Shown: positions 18,401-27,533 of the stretch, piece after piece
Layout of the letters: every line of letters starts with the position of its first letter
Position numbering within the stretch: the stretch's first letter is position 1
Assembly: GCA_965661285.1 (NCBI GenBank)
Contig: CBFIDD010000003.1
Location: forward strand, 96,001 to 160,000
Source: Poseidonia sp.
GTDB taxonomy: Archaea; Thermoplasmatota; Poseidoniia; Poseidoniales; Poseidoniaceae
Length of the DNA stretch: 64,000 bases
Direction: 5' to 3'
The notes under the pieces: model-generated
What the model was told of the DNA's origin: nothing
The model's input: the letters and a program-made list of their open reading frames with translations, nothing else
Database searches by the model: none
Position numbers and translations under genes: made by a program

Positions 18401-19311
18401 CCCAATTCCGACGTTTCGCCGCCAGTCAGGAGGTTGATCTCTTTCTGAATTTCAGCGATTTTATCGTCGAGTTCCAGCAACGTCTTCTCCGTCGCCTTGT
18501 GGTCGTCAAGAAGGTCTTGGCTCTCGTCGAGGTACTTCTGTCGTTGTTCGACATGGAACTTCAGTTCGTTCTTCATGGTCGCATAGCGAGATTGCAGGAG
18601 CATGGCGTTGGTCACGTGAATGGCATCGCTCACCTCTTTGGCTTGTTGGGCAACATGACGTTCTTTGGCCAGCGTTGAAAGGCGCTCAAGTTGTTCTTTT
18701 TCGAGCAACCCAATGCGGTCAAGATAATTCTCCACCATGTCCTTTTGCTTGTTGGCCTTTCGGATTTCGTCATCGTAGGAGGTCACCCCCGCGACGTTGT
18801 CGAGGACCTTGCGTCGCTCGTTCGCCGTCATTTTCGCAAGACTGGTGACGTCGCCCTGAAGCACGATGTTGTACCCGTCAGGGCGAGCGTTCGCCGCGCC
18901 GAGGAGGCGGTGAAACACTTTCTGAGAACTTTCCTCGCCGTTGAGTTTGTACGTCGTCACGGGGTTGTTTGAGGCAGTCAAACGAACGCTTCGCGACATA
19001 CGAATTTCTTCTTTGTCAAGGGGAAGACGACGGCGCCCGTTGCTCATCACTGGGTTGGCGAACACCAAGGTGACCGAACACTGGCGCGCTGGTTTGGAAT
19101 TCTTCCCACCGTTGAAGATGAGATCCTTTGAATTTTGAGCGCGAATCACGCGATTCGATTTCGGTCCGAGAACGAATTGAATCGCATCACCGCAGTTGGA
19201 TTTACCCGAGCCGTTTGGCCCGGTGATGGCGGTGAAACCGCGGTCCAGCGGGACGGTAACCTCGCCCTTGAACGATTTGAAATTCAGCACCTCAAGTGAT
19301 TTCAGATACAT
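15412..19311 (-). CDS. smc: Chromosome segregation protein SMC
   Basis: NFKSF, GPNGSGKSN, VLQGDV, hinge GRATFLPL, LSGGEQS, FDEVD, long coiled coils. Confidence 0.98.
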   Translation of the reverse strand: MYLKSLEVLNFKSFKGEVTVPLDRGFTAITGPNGSGKSNCGDAIQFVLGPKSNRVIRAQNSKDLIFNGGKNSKPARQCSVTLVFANPVMSNGRRRLPLDKEEIRMSRSVRLTASNNPVTTYKLNGEESSQKVFHRLLGAANARPDGYNIVLQGDVTSLAKMTANERRKVLDNVAGVTSYDDEIRKANKQKDMVENYLDRIGLLEKEQLERLSTLAKERHVAQQAKEVSDAIHVTNAMLLQSRYATMKNELKFHVEQRQKYLDESQDLLDDHKATEKTLLELDDKIAEIQKEINLLTGGETSELGQAIQALQVAIELNNDRLLEAAREEEEEEEEAQAVAEQLEEATEELDAFITNLQSANEALAGAMLELQEAQDEEQRIREALATAGEQNQHLTEALTTAEEIVEHHEQQRQEAQTEVDKLAVEADLVGEQLAKAQSEREEIRLALGELDIRLQEMAENAPEYNRESLARQLTEAQRSESQLAEDRTRIEIKLREAERALSLAKSEMERKSGAKGLAGGASAVLGARDNQQLQGIIGTVAELCAPKDHAHETALATAIGAGMASVVVETDQDAANAIRWLAENRAGRATFLPLNKLASSRAGGKTVMTARKDGVLGFAHEMLDYDPRIDVAVRFVLRNTLIVESMNVARRYMGGTRFVTLRGDVVESGGAMVGGAKRKMSIAFGGRIQGATEVEKHAAEVEKYQLMETTVTEALREARNAQQHIRNKINAMVDDTYATELRELKAEKKQVGQAHTKAGNVVTGLEEKLDEVRISAQDALRALDAADRVVAGAREAHEAAKAALEAASPEHLRERMHDANLLRVKANGAKEKAEETIASGTSHQTVLQRRVDETKQRLDVLHENKEARLVRVDELEATLATDRVALKAKKDEQAVYLEENQGLEQERQELTDQRATLRVRNEERLNQAQNHRRLADELMRTISEKEAEVQLMAQELIEADLSLDDLPDDLKNVGELERQLRGLQRKMENFGNVNMMAIQQYDECEARLDLMKDEFATLQARRKDLIDVTEQLESQRKERLVNVLEKVNENFKKSYHELSDGGRGELFLENPDEPFKGGLELWAQPRGKSSKVSRQQLSGGEQSMAALALIFAIQDYDPSPFYYFDEVDQNLDAYNAERIAKMCRKRSKRAQFIMVTLRKVSLKLADHHIGITHGGDGCSRRILDFDRERAIALGEAALKEAQKDAAKNESRIMDAVAAAEDMPTVPEELSVPKSLGGLLPHMHEDEAEDAPLGALMERTQDLTEDINERAELASKVAEAKSLETDTADESEATIESGEQ

Positions 19312-19390
19312 CCCTATCCCTCATGTGATGGAAGTTTCACTCCATCACTTTCTTACCACCGGTACTTTACGGGTTTTAAACAATACGAAG

Positions 19391-19413
19391 AACCGAGGCT
19401 CAGTGCCTCGGTT
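19391..19413 (-). terminator. Hairpin downstream of the 19446-20213 gene (possible terminator or operator upstream of smc)
   Basis: AACCGAGGC-TCAGT-GCCTCGGTT, a perfect 9-bp stem. Confidence 0.45.
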
Positions 19414-19445
19414 TTCAGCAGTCTTCGTTCGCCGCCGGAGCGAGG

Positions 19446-20213
19446 TCAAAACACACCGTTTTGATTGCACTTTTTACAGCCCGCGCCTTGACAATACGGG
19501 CAGGTGGCCATCACGAGCAAGTTGTTGCGTCGCCTGCTCATCGCAAGGTCCTTATCGGACTGCAAAAATCGAGAGCGCTCAACACGTTCCAGGCTGCGCT
19601 TGTTGTGCTTTTCAGAGGTGAAGAACGACGAGCGGAACGCACCGGCCTTTTCCCGGCGGCGCTCAAGCTTATCCCGGGTCTGTGCCACGGCCTCAGCCTC
19701 CCAATACTTTGGACCTCGAATCAGGATAACGCCAAACACGGCAAAGAGGATTTGCACGACCCACGGTTGTACCGGAAACGGAAACAACGTGGCCAGTCCT
19801 TCTGAACTGGCGGAGGTTGGGAGCAGCGCTAAGCGGTCCAAGACCGCCAAGGTACAGAGAACGGAGCCCATGATGAATCCGACCTTTCGTAGACGTCGAG
19901 CCCAACTTTTGTTTTGAGGAAGTTCAAAACCACAGACAAAGAGGAAAAGCCCTTCCATGAGCATCAGCACGTCGGCCCCGGACCACTGGCCTACTTCGCC
20001 AAGACAATACGATGTGCCGGTGTCCCGAAGTTCCTGTTCAACAATGTCAAACGAACAGCTTGGCTCAAACATCAACAACGCATCCAGTTTGTAGCCCTCT
20101 GCACCGTCGATGAAATAGGGAGCAACGCTGCCGAATTGAACGTTCACGAAGACAAACAACAGCATCGTCAAGCCCAGCAGCGTGAGGATTTTCCTGATTG
20201 GCAAACGGAACAC
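19446..20213 (-). CDS. Hypothetical membrane protein (about 4 TM) with C-terminal Cys4 zinc-finger-like motif
   Basis: Four hydrophobic segments, a basic cytoplasmic region, and terminal CPYCQGAGCKKC. Confidence 0.65.
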   Translation of the reverse strand: MFRLPIRKILTLLGLTMLLFVFVNVQFGSVAPYFIDGAEGYKLDALLMFEPSCSFDIVEQELRDTGTSYCLGEVGQWSGADVLMLMEGLFLFVCGFELPQNKSWARRLRKVGFIMGSVLCTLAVLDRLALLPTSASSEGLATLFPFPVQPWVVQILFAVFGVILIRGPKYWEAEAVAQTRDKLERRREKAGAFRSSFFTSEKHNKRSLERVERSRFLQSDKDLAMSRRRNNLLVMATCPYCQGAGCKKCNQNGVF

Positions 20214-20335
20214 GCTTGGACCTCGTCTTTTCCAGACCGCCCTGCTAGATAGTGATTACGAGAACCGCATCGTCAAATCGAGCCATCACGGTCAAGAAGG
20301 GGAAGCCAGAGCATAAGGCGAGGGAGGAGCACGCA

Positions 20336-21952
20336 ATGGCCCACATCGCCATCATCGGTAGCGGCATTGCCGGCTTGTTCGCTGCCTCAAAATTGGCTGA
20401 GGCCGGCCACGAAGTTTCGGTCATCACCAAGAAACGGCCGAAGGATTCCTCGACCAACTGGGCGCAGGGCGGCATCGCCGCCATCTTGGACAAGACCAAT
20501 CACGAGGACATGGAGGCGCATGTCCAAGACACCTTGCGTTCGGGCGATGGTGCGTGCGACGAAGCGGTGGTTCGGTCCATCATCGGCGAAGCGGGCGACC
20601 GTATTCGTGATCTGATTCAAATCGGCGTTGAATTTGAAAAAACGTCAGACGGTTCGTTCTCCTTTATTCGAGAAGGCGGCCATTCAAGCAAACGAATCTT
20701 GCATGCAAAAGACGCAACGGGCAAGGAGATCGAACGCGCACTCACCGCCTTCGCACGACAACATCCCCACATCACGCTCAGACCCAACACCCTTGCCATT
20801 GACCTCATTCAACGCCAACACGGACATCCAGAATTGGGCGTAGCCGGTGCGTGGTGTCTCGACCAAGAAACACAACAAGTTGTGAACATTGAAGCGGATG
20901 CCGTGGTTCTCGCGACCGGCGGCGTTGGGCGACTATGGAAAGAAACCACCAACCCCGACGTCGCCACTGGAGACGGTTTAGCGATGGCCTATAGAACAGG
21001 AGCATGCGTTGATAATTTGGCCTATATCCAATTCCACCCCACCGCCTTGTCCACGCCAGCAACCCGCCCGTTTCTCATCTCCGAAGCTGTTCGCGGCGTG
21101 GGTGCAGTCTTGCTCGATGAGCAGGGCCTTGCGCGTTGGACCCAAGCCTGTGAGGATGCAAAAGCCCAGGGAGACCAACCTCCCGAACCGCATGGCTTCT
21201 CCTTCACACTCACGTACACACCTGAGGGGTCGATGGCCACCCGGGACATCGTTGCCCGGGCGATTGACCAGGAGATGAAGCGGCAGGGCGCCACGCATGT
21301 CTATCTCATCACGTCTCATCTGAACGGCAACCTTGAGGAAAAATTCCCAACCATCGCCCATCGCCTGGCGAAAGAGGGATTGAAACTCGGCGTGGACCCG
21401 ATACCGGTTGTCCCTGCTGCTCATTACATGGTTGGCGGCGTGCGGGTCGACGATATCGGTCGTGCCTTTGCTCGCAACGTCGATGCCGTGATGCCTCACC
21501 TCTACGCCATCGGTGAGGTGGCAAGCACCGGCATGCATGGAGCCAATCGACTGGCCTCAAACAGTTTGCTTGAAGCAGTGGTATATGCAAATCGCGTGGC
21601 GCAGCATCTCATTCAACATCCTCCGTCGTCCTATGTCGGGACGCAGCCAGCTTGGCGAGCCGACGGCCTAGCGGCGTTGAAGGAACACGGACCCGTCATT
21701 CACGACCGCACCAGTTTGGTAAGAACGATGTCCGATGAAGTGGGCATCGTCCGTTCCAATCAACGGCTCAAACGTGCGAAACGGCGCCTCGATCTGTTGA
21801 ACAGCGAGGTGGACATGATGTGGCGGTCCTCGTTACCAACACGAGATATTGTAGAGTTGAGGAACCTGTGTCTGATCGGCCAATTGGTCGTTCAGGATGC
21901 CCTTGCACAAACAGAAAACAGAGGCCTGCACTACAACGTTGATCTGATCTAA
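20336..21952 (+). CDS. nadB: L-aspartate oxidase
   Basis: IIGSGIAGL, WAQGGIA, EGGHS..RILH..D.TG, QFHPT, LISEAVRG, HY..GG, GMHGANRLASNSLLE, ENRGLHY. Confidence 0.95.
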   Translation: MAHIAIIGSGIAGLFAASKLAEAGHEVSVITKKRPKDSSTNWAQGGIAAILDKTNHEDMEAHVQDTLRSGDGACDEAVVRSIIGEAGDRIRDLIQIGVEFEKTSDGSFSFIREGGHSSKRILHAKDATGKEIERALTAFARQHPHITLRPNTLAIDLIQRQHGHPELGVAGAWCLDQETQQVVNIEADAVVLATGGVGRLWKETTNPDVATGDGLAMAYRTGACVDNLAYIQFHPTALSTPATRPFLISEAVRGVGAVLLDEQGLARWTQACEDAKAQGDQPPEPHGFSFTLTYTPEGSMATRDIVARAIDQEMKRQGATHVYLITSHLNGNLEEKFPTIAHRLAKEGLKLGVDPIPVVPAAHYMVGGVRVDDIGRAFARNVDAVMPHLYAIGEVASTGMHGANRLASNSLLEAVVYANRVAQHLIQHPPSSYVGTQPAWRADGLAALKEHGPVIHDRTSLVRTMSDEVGIVRSNQRLKRAKRRLDLLNSEVDMMWRSSLPTRDIVELRNLCLIGQLVVQDALAQTENRGLHYNVDLI

Positions 21953-22878
21953 GGGTGGCATGCACGCACCAGAGAAGCCAACATCTGGTTCACGGGAGCA
22001 GCCAGACCGTGATGCTCGGCCCGCTCAACCACCGCTTGATTCAGGGACTCGATTTCGGTGAGACGGCCTGCTTTTACGTCCTGAAGCATGCTGCAGGTGT
22101 TGTCCTGTGTCTGTTCAAGAACGGTCTTGAGCCGCTGCTCAAACGCATGCTCGTCAGGAATGTGAACACGTTCCATAAGCGCCACGGCAGCGGCCTCACG
22201 GTACACCATCATGCACGCAGCGAACAGGTCAGGTTGGAGCAGTTCACCGTTTTTCAGCCCCCCTAAGGCGGCCAACGGGTTGATGGCCAAATTCAGCATC
22301 ACCTTGTTCCAAATCAAAGCGACAGGGTCCGCCTCGACCGAAGCGTTCAACGCTGCTTCATTCAGAAAGTCAACGATTTCTTCAACGCGATTGGCTGAGG
22401 GGCCGAGGGGTGTGGATGCGAGAGCGATGCCGCCAAAGCCCGCCCAGAACGTGGGACGGTTCGATTGGGTGAACGCTCCGTGCGTTGTGCTGGCAGCCAG
22501 GACACGTTCAGGGCCGAGAACACGGGACAAGCTCTCGACATGGCCCAAGCCATTTGAGAGAGTAAACACCACACCGCTTGGTTTCAGGAACGACATGGCT
22601 TGTTGTGCCAAATGGGGCATGGCATGAGATTTTCCAGCCAAAATAACGAGATCAGAATTTTGCATGAGTTCGGGTTCGCACGGGAGCTCCTCACAGGAAA
22701 ACAGAAATCGTTCCGCACCAAATTCAAGGTCGCGATGGCCTTCAACACTGAGCCCTTCGAGCATCAAACGAGCGCCTCGCTCTCCACGGACATGGAGATG
22801 AACGCTGGCAGGCGTTGTTGCGAGGCTGCTGGCGATGATACTGCCGACCGAACCAACGCCCAAAACAGAGACTCGCAT
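21949..22878 (-). CDS. panE: 2-dehydropantoate 2-reductase
   Basis: G.GSVG, KS, NGLG, W.K...N.AINPL, N.CSMLQDV..GR.TEI..LN. Confidence 0.9.
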   Translation of the reverse strand: MRVSVLGVGSVGSIIASSLATTPASVHLHVRGERGARLMLEGLSVEGHRDLEFGAERFLFSCEELPCEPELMQNSDLVILAGKSHAMPHLAQQAMSFLKPSGVVFTLSNGLGHVESLSRVLGPERVLAASTTHGAFTQSNRPTFWAGFGGIALASTPLGPSANRVEEIVDFLNEAALNASVEADPVALIWNKVMLNLAINPLAALGGLKNGELLQPDLFAACMMVYREAAAVALMERVHIPDEHAFEQRLKTVLEQTQDNTCSMLQDVKAGRLTEIESLNQAVVERAEHHGLAAPVNQMLASLVRACHP

Positions 22879-22887
22879 GCCATCACC

Positions 22888-25419
22888 TCACTGATAACTC
22901 GACAGGTGCAGTACAATGGAGCCCGCTTCGTAGGTCAACCACATGGTCGCCAAGGGTGCATTTGGTGGTGTCAGTGAGAAGGTGGTGTCGCCTGGGCCCA
23001 GTGGCAGACCGTCCCAATCATGGCTCCAATCCTCACCAAAACTCCCGCCACGGTCAAGGCGGAATGGAATGGTGGTGTTGGTCGGGTTGTGAAGCGTGAA
23101 CGTCGTCATCCCGGTGTTGAGCAACGTGCCGTTGGTTGAAACAGCCCAAGGGCTGGTCCAAAACCGAGAGGTCGAATTCATCCATGAAACGAGCAATTCC
23201 GGCCCCTCCACGACGTCAAACGAAAGGTCCGGGTAGGGGTTGAACGGATCCCTGCAGAGCGAAACATTGGCACCATCCGGCATCAGCACCGTCATGTTCT
23301 GCGTTGCTTGAAGCGCGGGGAGTTTGGCTGAAGAGCGGAGGACCATGTCCCAAACCCACGGCCCGGATTCAGGCCGAACAGGTGTGCTAAGGCTGGCGTC
23401 GAGTGGACATTGCTCTGCGTCCATCAGGAGGTTCCCTTCGCCTTCAAACAGTGCGCCCCAGCCGTTCTCCCCGTCTGCGGAGATGGTCCAGCCTTCAGCT
23501 GGAACATGAGCGATGAGGGCGCGTCGTTCTGGCAACAGCGGCGTGAAGGTGTGGTTGTTGAGATGGAGCGTGGCCATGGACGGGTCAAACACCAACGGGT
23601 CCAAACCTTCCAAGCAGAACTGTGAGGGTACCTCGGAGAGGTTCACGTCCATGGTTGAAGCACCGGGAATGTTCACGAGTTGGGTTTGCATGCCCTCAAG
23701 TGGTGCTGCACCGGTGCGAATGACCAGCGAGGTTGAATTCATCAGCGATCCGTTCAAATCAACACACCGATGAATGTAGGCGCCCGAGGAGACATCGTAC
23801 CACGTTGCAGAGGGAACGACTTCCAATGAAGGGCGTACGTGAACGGGAACGGCTTCATATTCGCCGTTCATCGAGACCACATAACTGAGGTTGGCCATGG
23901 TGGGCTGGTCTTCACCTGTCCACGTGAGATTCATCCAGAAGTAAGCCGTTCGCTTGGGAAGGAGATCGGAGCCGCAGCCACGCTCGTCCACCGTGTAGGT
24001 GTCTTCCCCGTCGCAATCCCAATCAATGCTCCAACCTTGACCGGGATGCTCGAGGTACGCCGATACGGCAAACGGTTTTTCCAGTGCCGAAGGGTTGGTT
24101 ACCCTGACCTCCGTCGTTGAACGCCACGTTCCATCCTCCTGAAGAACGGCGTGTTCAGGTGAAACGAGTTGATGCTTCAAATCATCATCCCACCCCGTTT
24201 CGTGAAGCACGGGCTGGCCCGCAGGGAGAAGAAGCGTGAACACCAACAGCAAGAGCAAGCCCATTCTCCCGTGTTCTCGTTCACTCAATCGGGTGGTCTC
24301 GTCAAGAATCAGTGGAATTCTCAGGTCGTTGCCGAAGAAGAACAACAAGGGCAACAACAAAGCAAAGACGAGGTACCAGAGTGAGAATTGTTCGAAGACA
24401 CCGAACACATAGGCGGTGAACAGAGCGAGGACCAAGATCAAACTCTGCGTGCTTGAACTTCGAGCATCGAGTAGACCCATTCGGGCGATGAGGATCCGGC
24501 CACCCGGAAAGGTAGGCACAGGAAGAACCGAAATCCACGCAAAGAGCATCAACATGCCACCGACATGCACCCATGGATGAGCCCACAGGAGACGGACAAA
24601 GGCGTCGGAGTGGATGAAACTGTCCGCGATGAGGGAGATGAAGAGTGGGGGAGATGAAACGAGAGGCATCGTAGACGAAACGAGGTATTCTGGTGTCAAC
24701 CAAAGGCCTGCAAGCATGAAAACAACACCTGCACCCCCCAGCACGAGCGGCACGCTCAGCGCCGTGTAACCGAGGGATGCTCGGTCCGGCCAAGGGCGTG
24801 CATCCATTCTCGGCATGGTCGGCAACAACAAGACCCCAAACGGCCACACCAACCATGAGGAAGGGAAGAGCCCCAAGGCGTACAGTGCGATGGTAAAGTC
24901 AGGAATGGGAAGAAGGTGGCCACTGCGCACACCGAAGCGGGAGGCGACCCTGCGCTGAAGGCTGGAAGCAAGAAAAATGACGAGCATGGCTGGCAACGTG
25001 TAACCGACCAGAGCATCCAACAACGATGAGGCGTGGAACCAGCCACCTGATGGACGGGCGCCGGACATCCAAAGGTCGCCCGCCAGCGTGAGGGTGAGGA
25101 AGGAGAGGGCCCAAAACAACACGACGGTGTTCAAACGAGGGAATTGTCGTTCAGGCGCAGGAAAAACGGTGACGACCCAATCCTCATCCTTCGTCAATTT
25201 GCCCATCCAGCCCAAACGTGCCAAGTGGAGATTGCATGCTTTGAGGTCCTCATGGACATCTTCGCCTCGAGCAGCCACGGCCCATGAAGGCCAGCGCCCG
25301 CCGTTTTTTCGTAGGACGCCGAAATAGGATTCTAGCACAGTACCGAGCAATTCGTGTTGCGACCAGGCTTTCTTGTGGTGGGCAAGACCGGGAAGAGGAG
25401 CATTGGAATCATCGGACAT
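22888..25419 (-). CDS. Site-2 protease (M50)-like membrane protein lacking catalytic motifs, with large extracytoplasmic C-terminal region
   Basis: M50 topology is recognisable, but HExxH is replaced by SSLQR and NLLP...LDGG by SVLPVPTFPGGR; followed by ~430 aa of beta-rich, Cys-containing sequence. Confidence 0.6.
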   Translation of the reverse strand: MSDDSNAPLPGLAHHKKAWSQHELLGTVLESYFGVLRKNGGRWPSWAVAARGEDVHEDLKACNLHLARLGWMGKLTKDEDWVVTVFPAPERQFPRLNTVVLFWALSFLTLTLAGDLWMSGARPSGGWFHASSLLDALVGYTLPAMLVIFLASSLQRRVASRFGVRSGHLLPIPDFTIALYALGLFPSSWLVWPFGVLLLPTMPRMDARPWPDRASLGYTALSVPLVLGGAGVVFMLAGLWLTPEYLVSSTMPLVSSPPLFISLIADSFIHSDAFVRLLWAHPWVHVGGMLMLFAWISVLPVPTFPGGRILIARMGLLDARSSSTQSLILVLALFTAYVFGVFEQFSLWYLVFALLLPLLFFFGNDLRIPLILDETTRLSEREHGRMGLLLLLVFTLLLPAGQPVLHETGWDDDLKHQLVSPEHAVLQEDGTWRSTTEVRVTNPSALEKPFAVSAYLEHPGQGWSIDWDCDGEDTYTVDERGCGSDLLPKRTAYFWMNLTWTGEDQPTMANLSYVVSMNGEYEAVPVHVRPSLEVVPSATWYDVSSGAYIHRCVDLNGSLMNSTSLVIRTGAAPLEGMQTQLVNIPGASTMDVNLSEVPSQFCLEGLDPLVFDPSMATLHLNNHTFTPLLPERRALIAHVPAEGWTISADGENGWGALFEGEGNLLMDAEQCPLDASLSTPVRPESGPWVWDMVLRSSAKLPALQATQNMTVLMPDGANVSLCRDPFNPYPDLSFDVVEGPELLVSWMNSTSRFWTSPWAVSTNGTLLNTGMTTFTLHNPTNTTIPFRLDRGGSFGEDWSHDWDGLPLGPGDTTFSLTPPNAPLATMWLTYEAGSIVLHLSSYQ

Positions 25420-25488
25420 GTTCAACCCCCCTTATCCGGCTGTGTTGGCCCTCCTCCATGAATCCCTCGTTAGGGCGCAGAGGAAGAA

Positions 25489-26106
25489 TCACTTGTTCTT
25501 GAATCGCTTTAGACGGAAGGTTTCTTCACGTTCCATTTCTTCAAGTCGGAGTTGAATGAAGACCTTGGCCTCCTCAAGTTCTGGAATCACCTTGAACTCG
25601 AGAGCGTTGACACGTCGCTTGGTCGCTTCAATTTCGGCCAGGAGACGCTTCAAAGTGGCTTCCATTTCCGAGGCTTTGACGATCTTTTCAATGAGTTCGC
25701 TGAATGAGTCGCTCGCTTCGTCGATGTAGGGTGAAGATCCGATGAAACCGATGCCTCGCTCCGCAAAGGTGGATTTCAGGTTGCTTCCGCTCACGCTTGG
25801 AACGACCACACCCATGATGTTGCGGCGCTCAACTTCGACCTCTGGGTGCGCTGAATTGGCGATGGCTGCGGCACGAACGGCCAGACCACCTTCGATGGCG
25901 TTAGCCAAGTCAATTCGGGTCTTTGCCAGCCGATAGGCGGCGGTGAGGTCTCGCTTCGCTTCGATCATCTCAGAGAGCAAGGTGCGGAATTCGTGGAACA
26001 AGCCGTCCCGCTTCATCTTCAACAATTTGTACCCGTTCTTGGTCTGCTTGATGCGACCTTTCAATTTGATGAGTTCGCTTCGGGTTGGTTTGATGTCCAA
26101 TGCCAT
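25489..26106 (-). CDS. atpD: A/V-type ATP synthase subunit D
   Basis: PTRSEL, GYKLLK.KRD.L, NIMGV.VP, EIE.TKRRVNALE. Confidence 0.96.
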   Translation of the reverse strand: MALDIKPTRSELIKLKGRIKQTKNGYKLLKMKRDGLFHEFRTLLSEMIEAKRDLTAAYRLAKTRIDLANAIEGGLAVRAAAIANSAHPEVEVERRNIMGVVVPSVSGSNLKSTFAERGIGFIGSSPYIDEASDSFSELIEKIVKASEMEATLKRLLAEIEATKRRVNALEFKVIPELEEAKVFIQLRLEEMEREETFRLKRFKNK

Positions 26107-26140
26107 GCTCACTCACCTCCTTGTTTCTCGGTCGCTCTGT

Positions 26141-27526
26141 TCAAGCTCGGTTTTCTGGGTGGTACTTCTTGATGAGTTCTTCGTCAAGACGAACAAGGTA
26201 CTTGGTGTCGATGCTGGCCATCAATTCCCAGCAGAGGTCAAGTGTTTCGTCAATGGTTCGGTCCTCATCGCGGGACTGGCGAAGGAACTTGTCCTCAAAC
26301 ACACCCGAGAAATCCAGCAGTTGCTTATCACGCTCGTTGAGGGCGTCTTCACCGACGATGGCCACCAAACCACGGAGTTCACGTCCTTGGGCGTAAGCAG
26401 CGTACATTTGGTCGCTGACCTTCTTGTGGTCGTCTCGGGTCGTCTTCTCACCGATACAGGAACCCATCAGTCGAGACAGGGATGGCAAGACGTTGATGGG
26501 CGGATAGATACCTTGCTGGTGAAGTTCACGGCTGATAACGATCTGACCTTCGGTGATGTATCCGGAAAGGTCGGGAATCGGGTGCGTGATGTCATCACCG
26601 GGCATGGTCAGAATCGGGAATTGGGTGATGGAACCTTTCTTCCCTTTCACGATACCTGCACGCTCGTAGAGCATGGCCAAGTCGGTGTACATGTATCCGG
26701 GATAACCACGTCGTCCAGGGACCTCTTCACGAGCAGCACCGATTTGGCGAAGTGCATCGCAATAGTTGGTCATGTCCGTGTAAATCACGAGAACGTGGTA
26801 GTCTTTCTCAAAGGCAAGATATTCTGCAGCGGTCAGTGCCAGACGTGGCGTAATGATACGCTCGACGGCAGGGTCGTCAGCGAGGTTGACAAACAATACA
26901 GCGTTCTCAAGTGCACCCGTGCGCTCCAGGTCGGAACGGAAGAAGTTGTATTCTTCAGCGGTGATACCCATGGCGCAGAACACCACGATGAACTCTTCAT
27001 CCGAGTCCTTGAGTTTCGCCTGTCGGGCAATTTGCAGGGCGATGTCGTTGTGGGGCAGACCCGATGCGGAAAAGATCGGGAGTTTCTGTCCACGCACAAG
27101 CGTCGTACAGCAGTCGATGGCGGAGATACCCGTCTGGATAAAGTCGTGGGGCGACTGTCGGCTGTACGGGTTGATGGCCGCACCGATGATGTCGGCCTTT
27201 TCCTCGGCGACGATTTCGGGACCGCCGTCTCGGGGTCGACCAGCACCGTCGAGGATGCGTCCGACGAGGTCAGTGCTCACGGGGAGTTTGAACACGTCGC
27301 CCATGAAGGTGACACCGGTTTCTCGGTTGATTTTGGCCGTGCCTTCAAACACCTGAACGATGACGAGGTCATCAGAGGTGTCAAGCACTTGTCCGTTCTT
27401 GATTTCACCGTTTGAGAGGCGAAGGGTAACAATTTCACCAAACGCAACGGGCTCGGTTTTGTTCAAAAAGACCAGCGGGCCTTTCACGTCGGTAATGGTT
27501 CGGTATTCTTTTCCAGTCATGTTCAT
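26141..27526 (-). CDS. atpB: A/V-type ATP synthase subunit B
   Basis: [46 protein letters not shown]. Confidence 0.98.
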   Translation of the reverse strand: MNMTGKEYRTITDVKGPLVFLNKTEPVAFGEIVTLRLSNGEIKNGQVLDTSDDLVIVQVFEGTAKINRETGVTFMGDVFKLPVSTDLVGRILDGAGRPRDGGPEIVAEEKADIIGAAINPYSRQSPHDFIQTGISAIDCCTTLVRGQKLPIFSASGLPHNDIALQIARQAKLKDSDEEFIVVFCAMGITAEEYNFFRSDLERTGALENAVLFVNLADDPAVERIITPRLALTAAEYLAFEKDYHVLVIYTDMTNYCDALRQIGAAREEVPGRRGYPGYMYTDLAMLYERAGIVKGKKGSITQFPILTMPGDDITHPIPDLSGYITEGQIVISRELHQQGIYPPINVLPSLSRLMGSCIGEKTTRDDHKKVSDQMYAAYAQGRELRGLVAIVGEDALNERDKQLLDFSGVFEDKFLRQSRDEDRTIDETLDLCWELMASIDTKYLVRLDEELIKKYHPENRA

Positions 27527-27533
27527 CCTCTCC

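Noticed and set aside
25943-27415. 490-aa plus-strand ORF and other long antisense ORFs (e.g. 56827-58101, 16255-17310, 28461-29489)
   Set aside because: They are shadows of well-conserved genes on the opposite strand, expected from GC-rich codon bias, and show no recognisable motifs.
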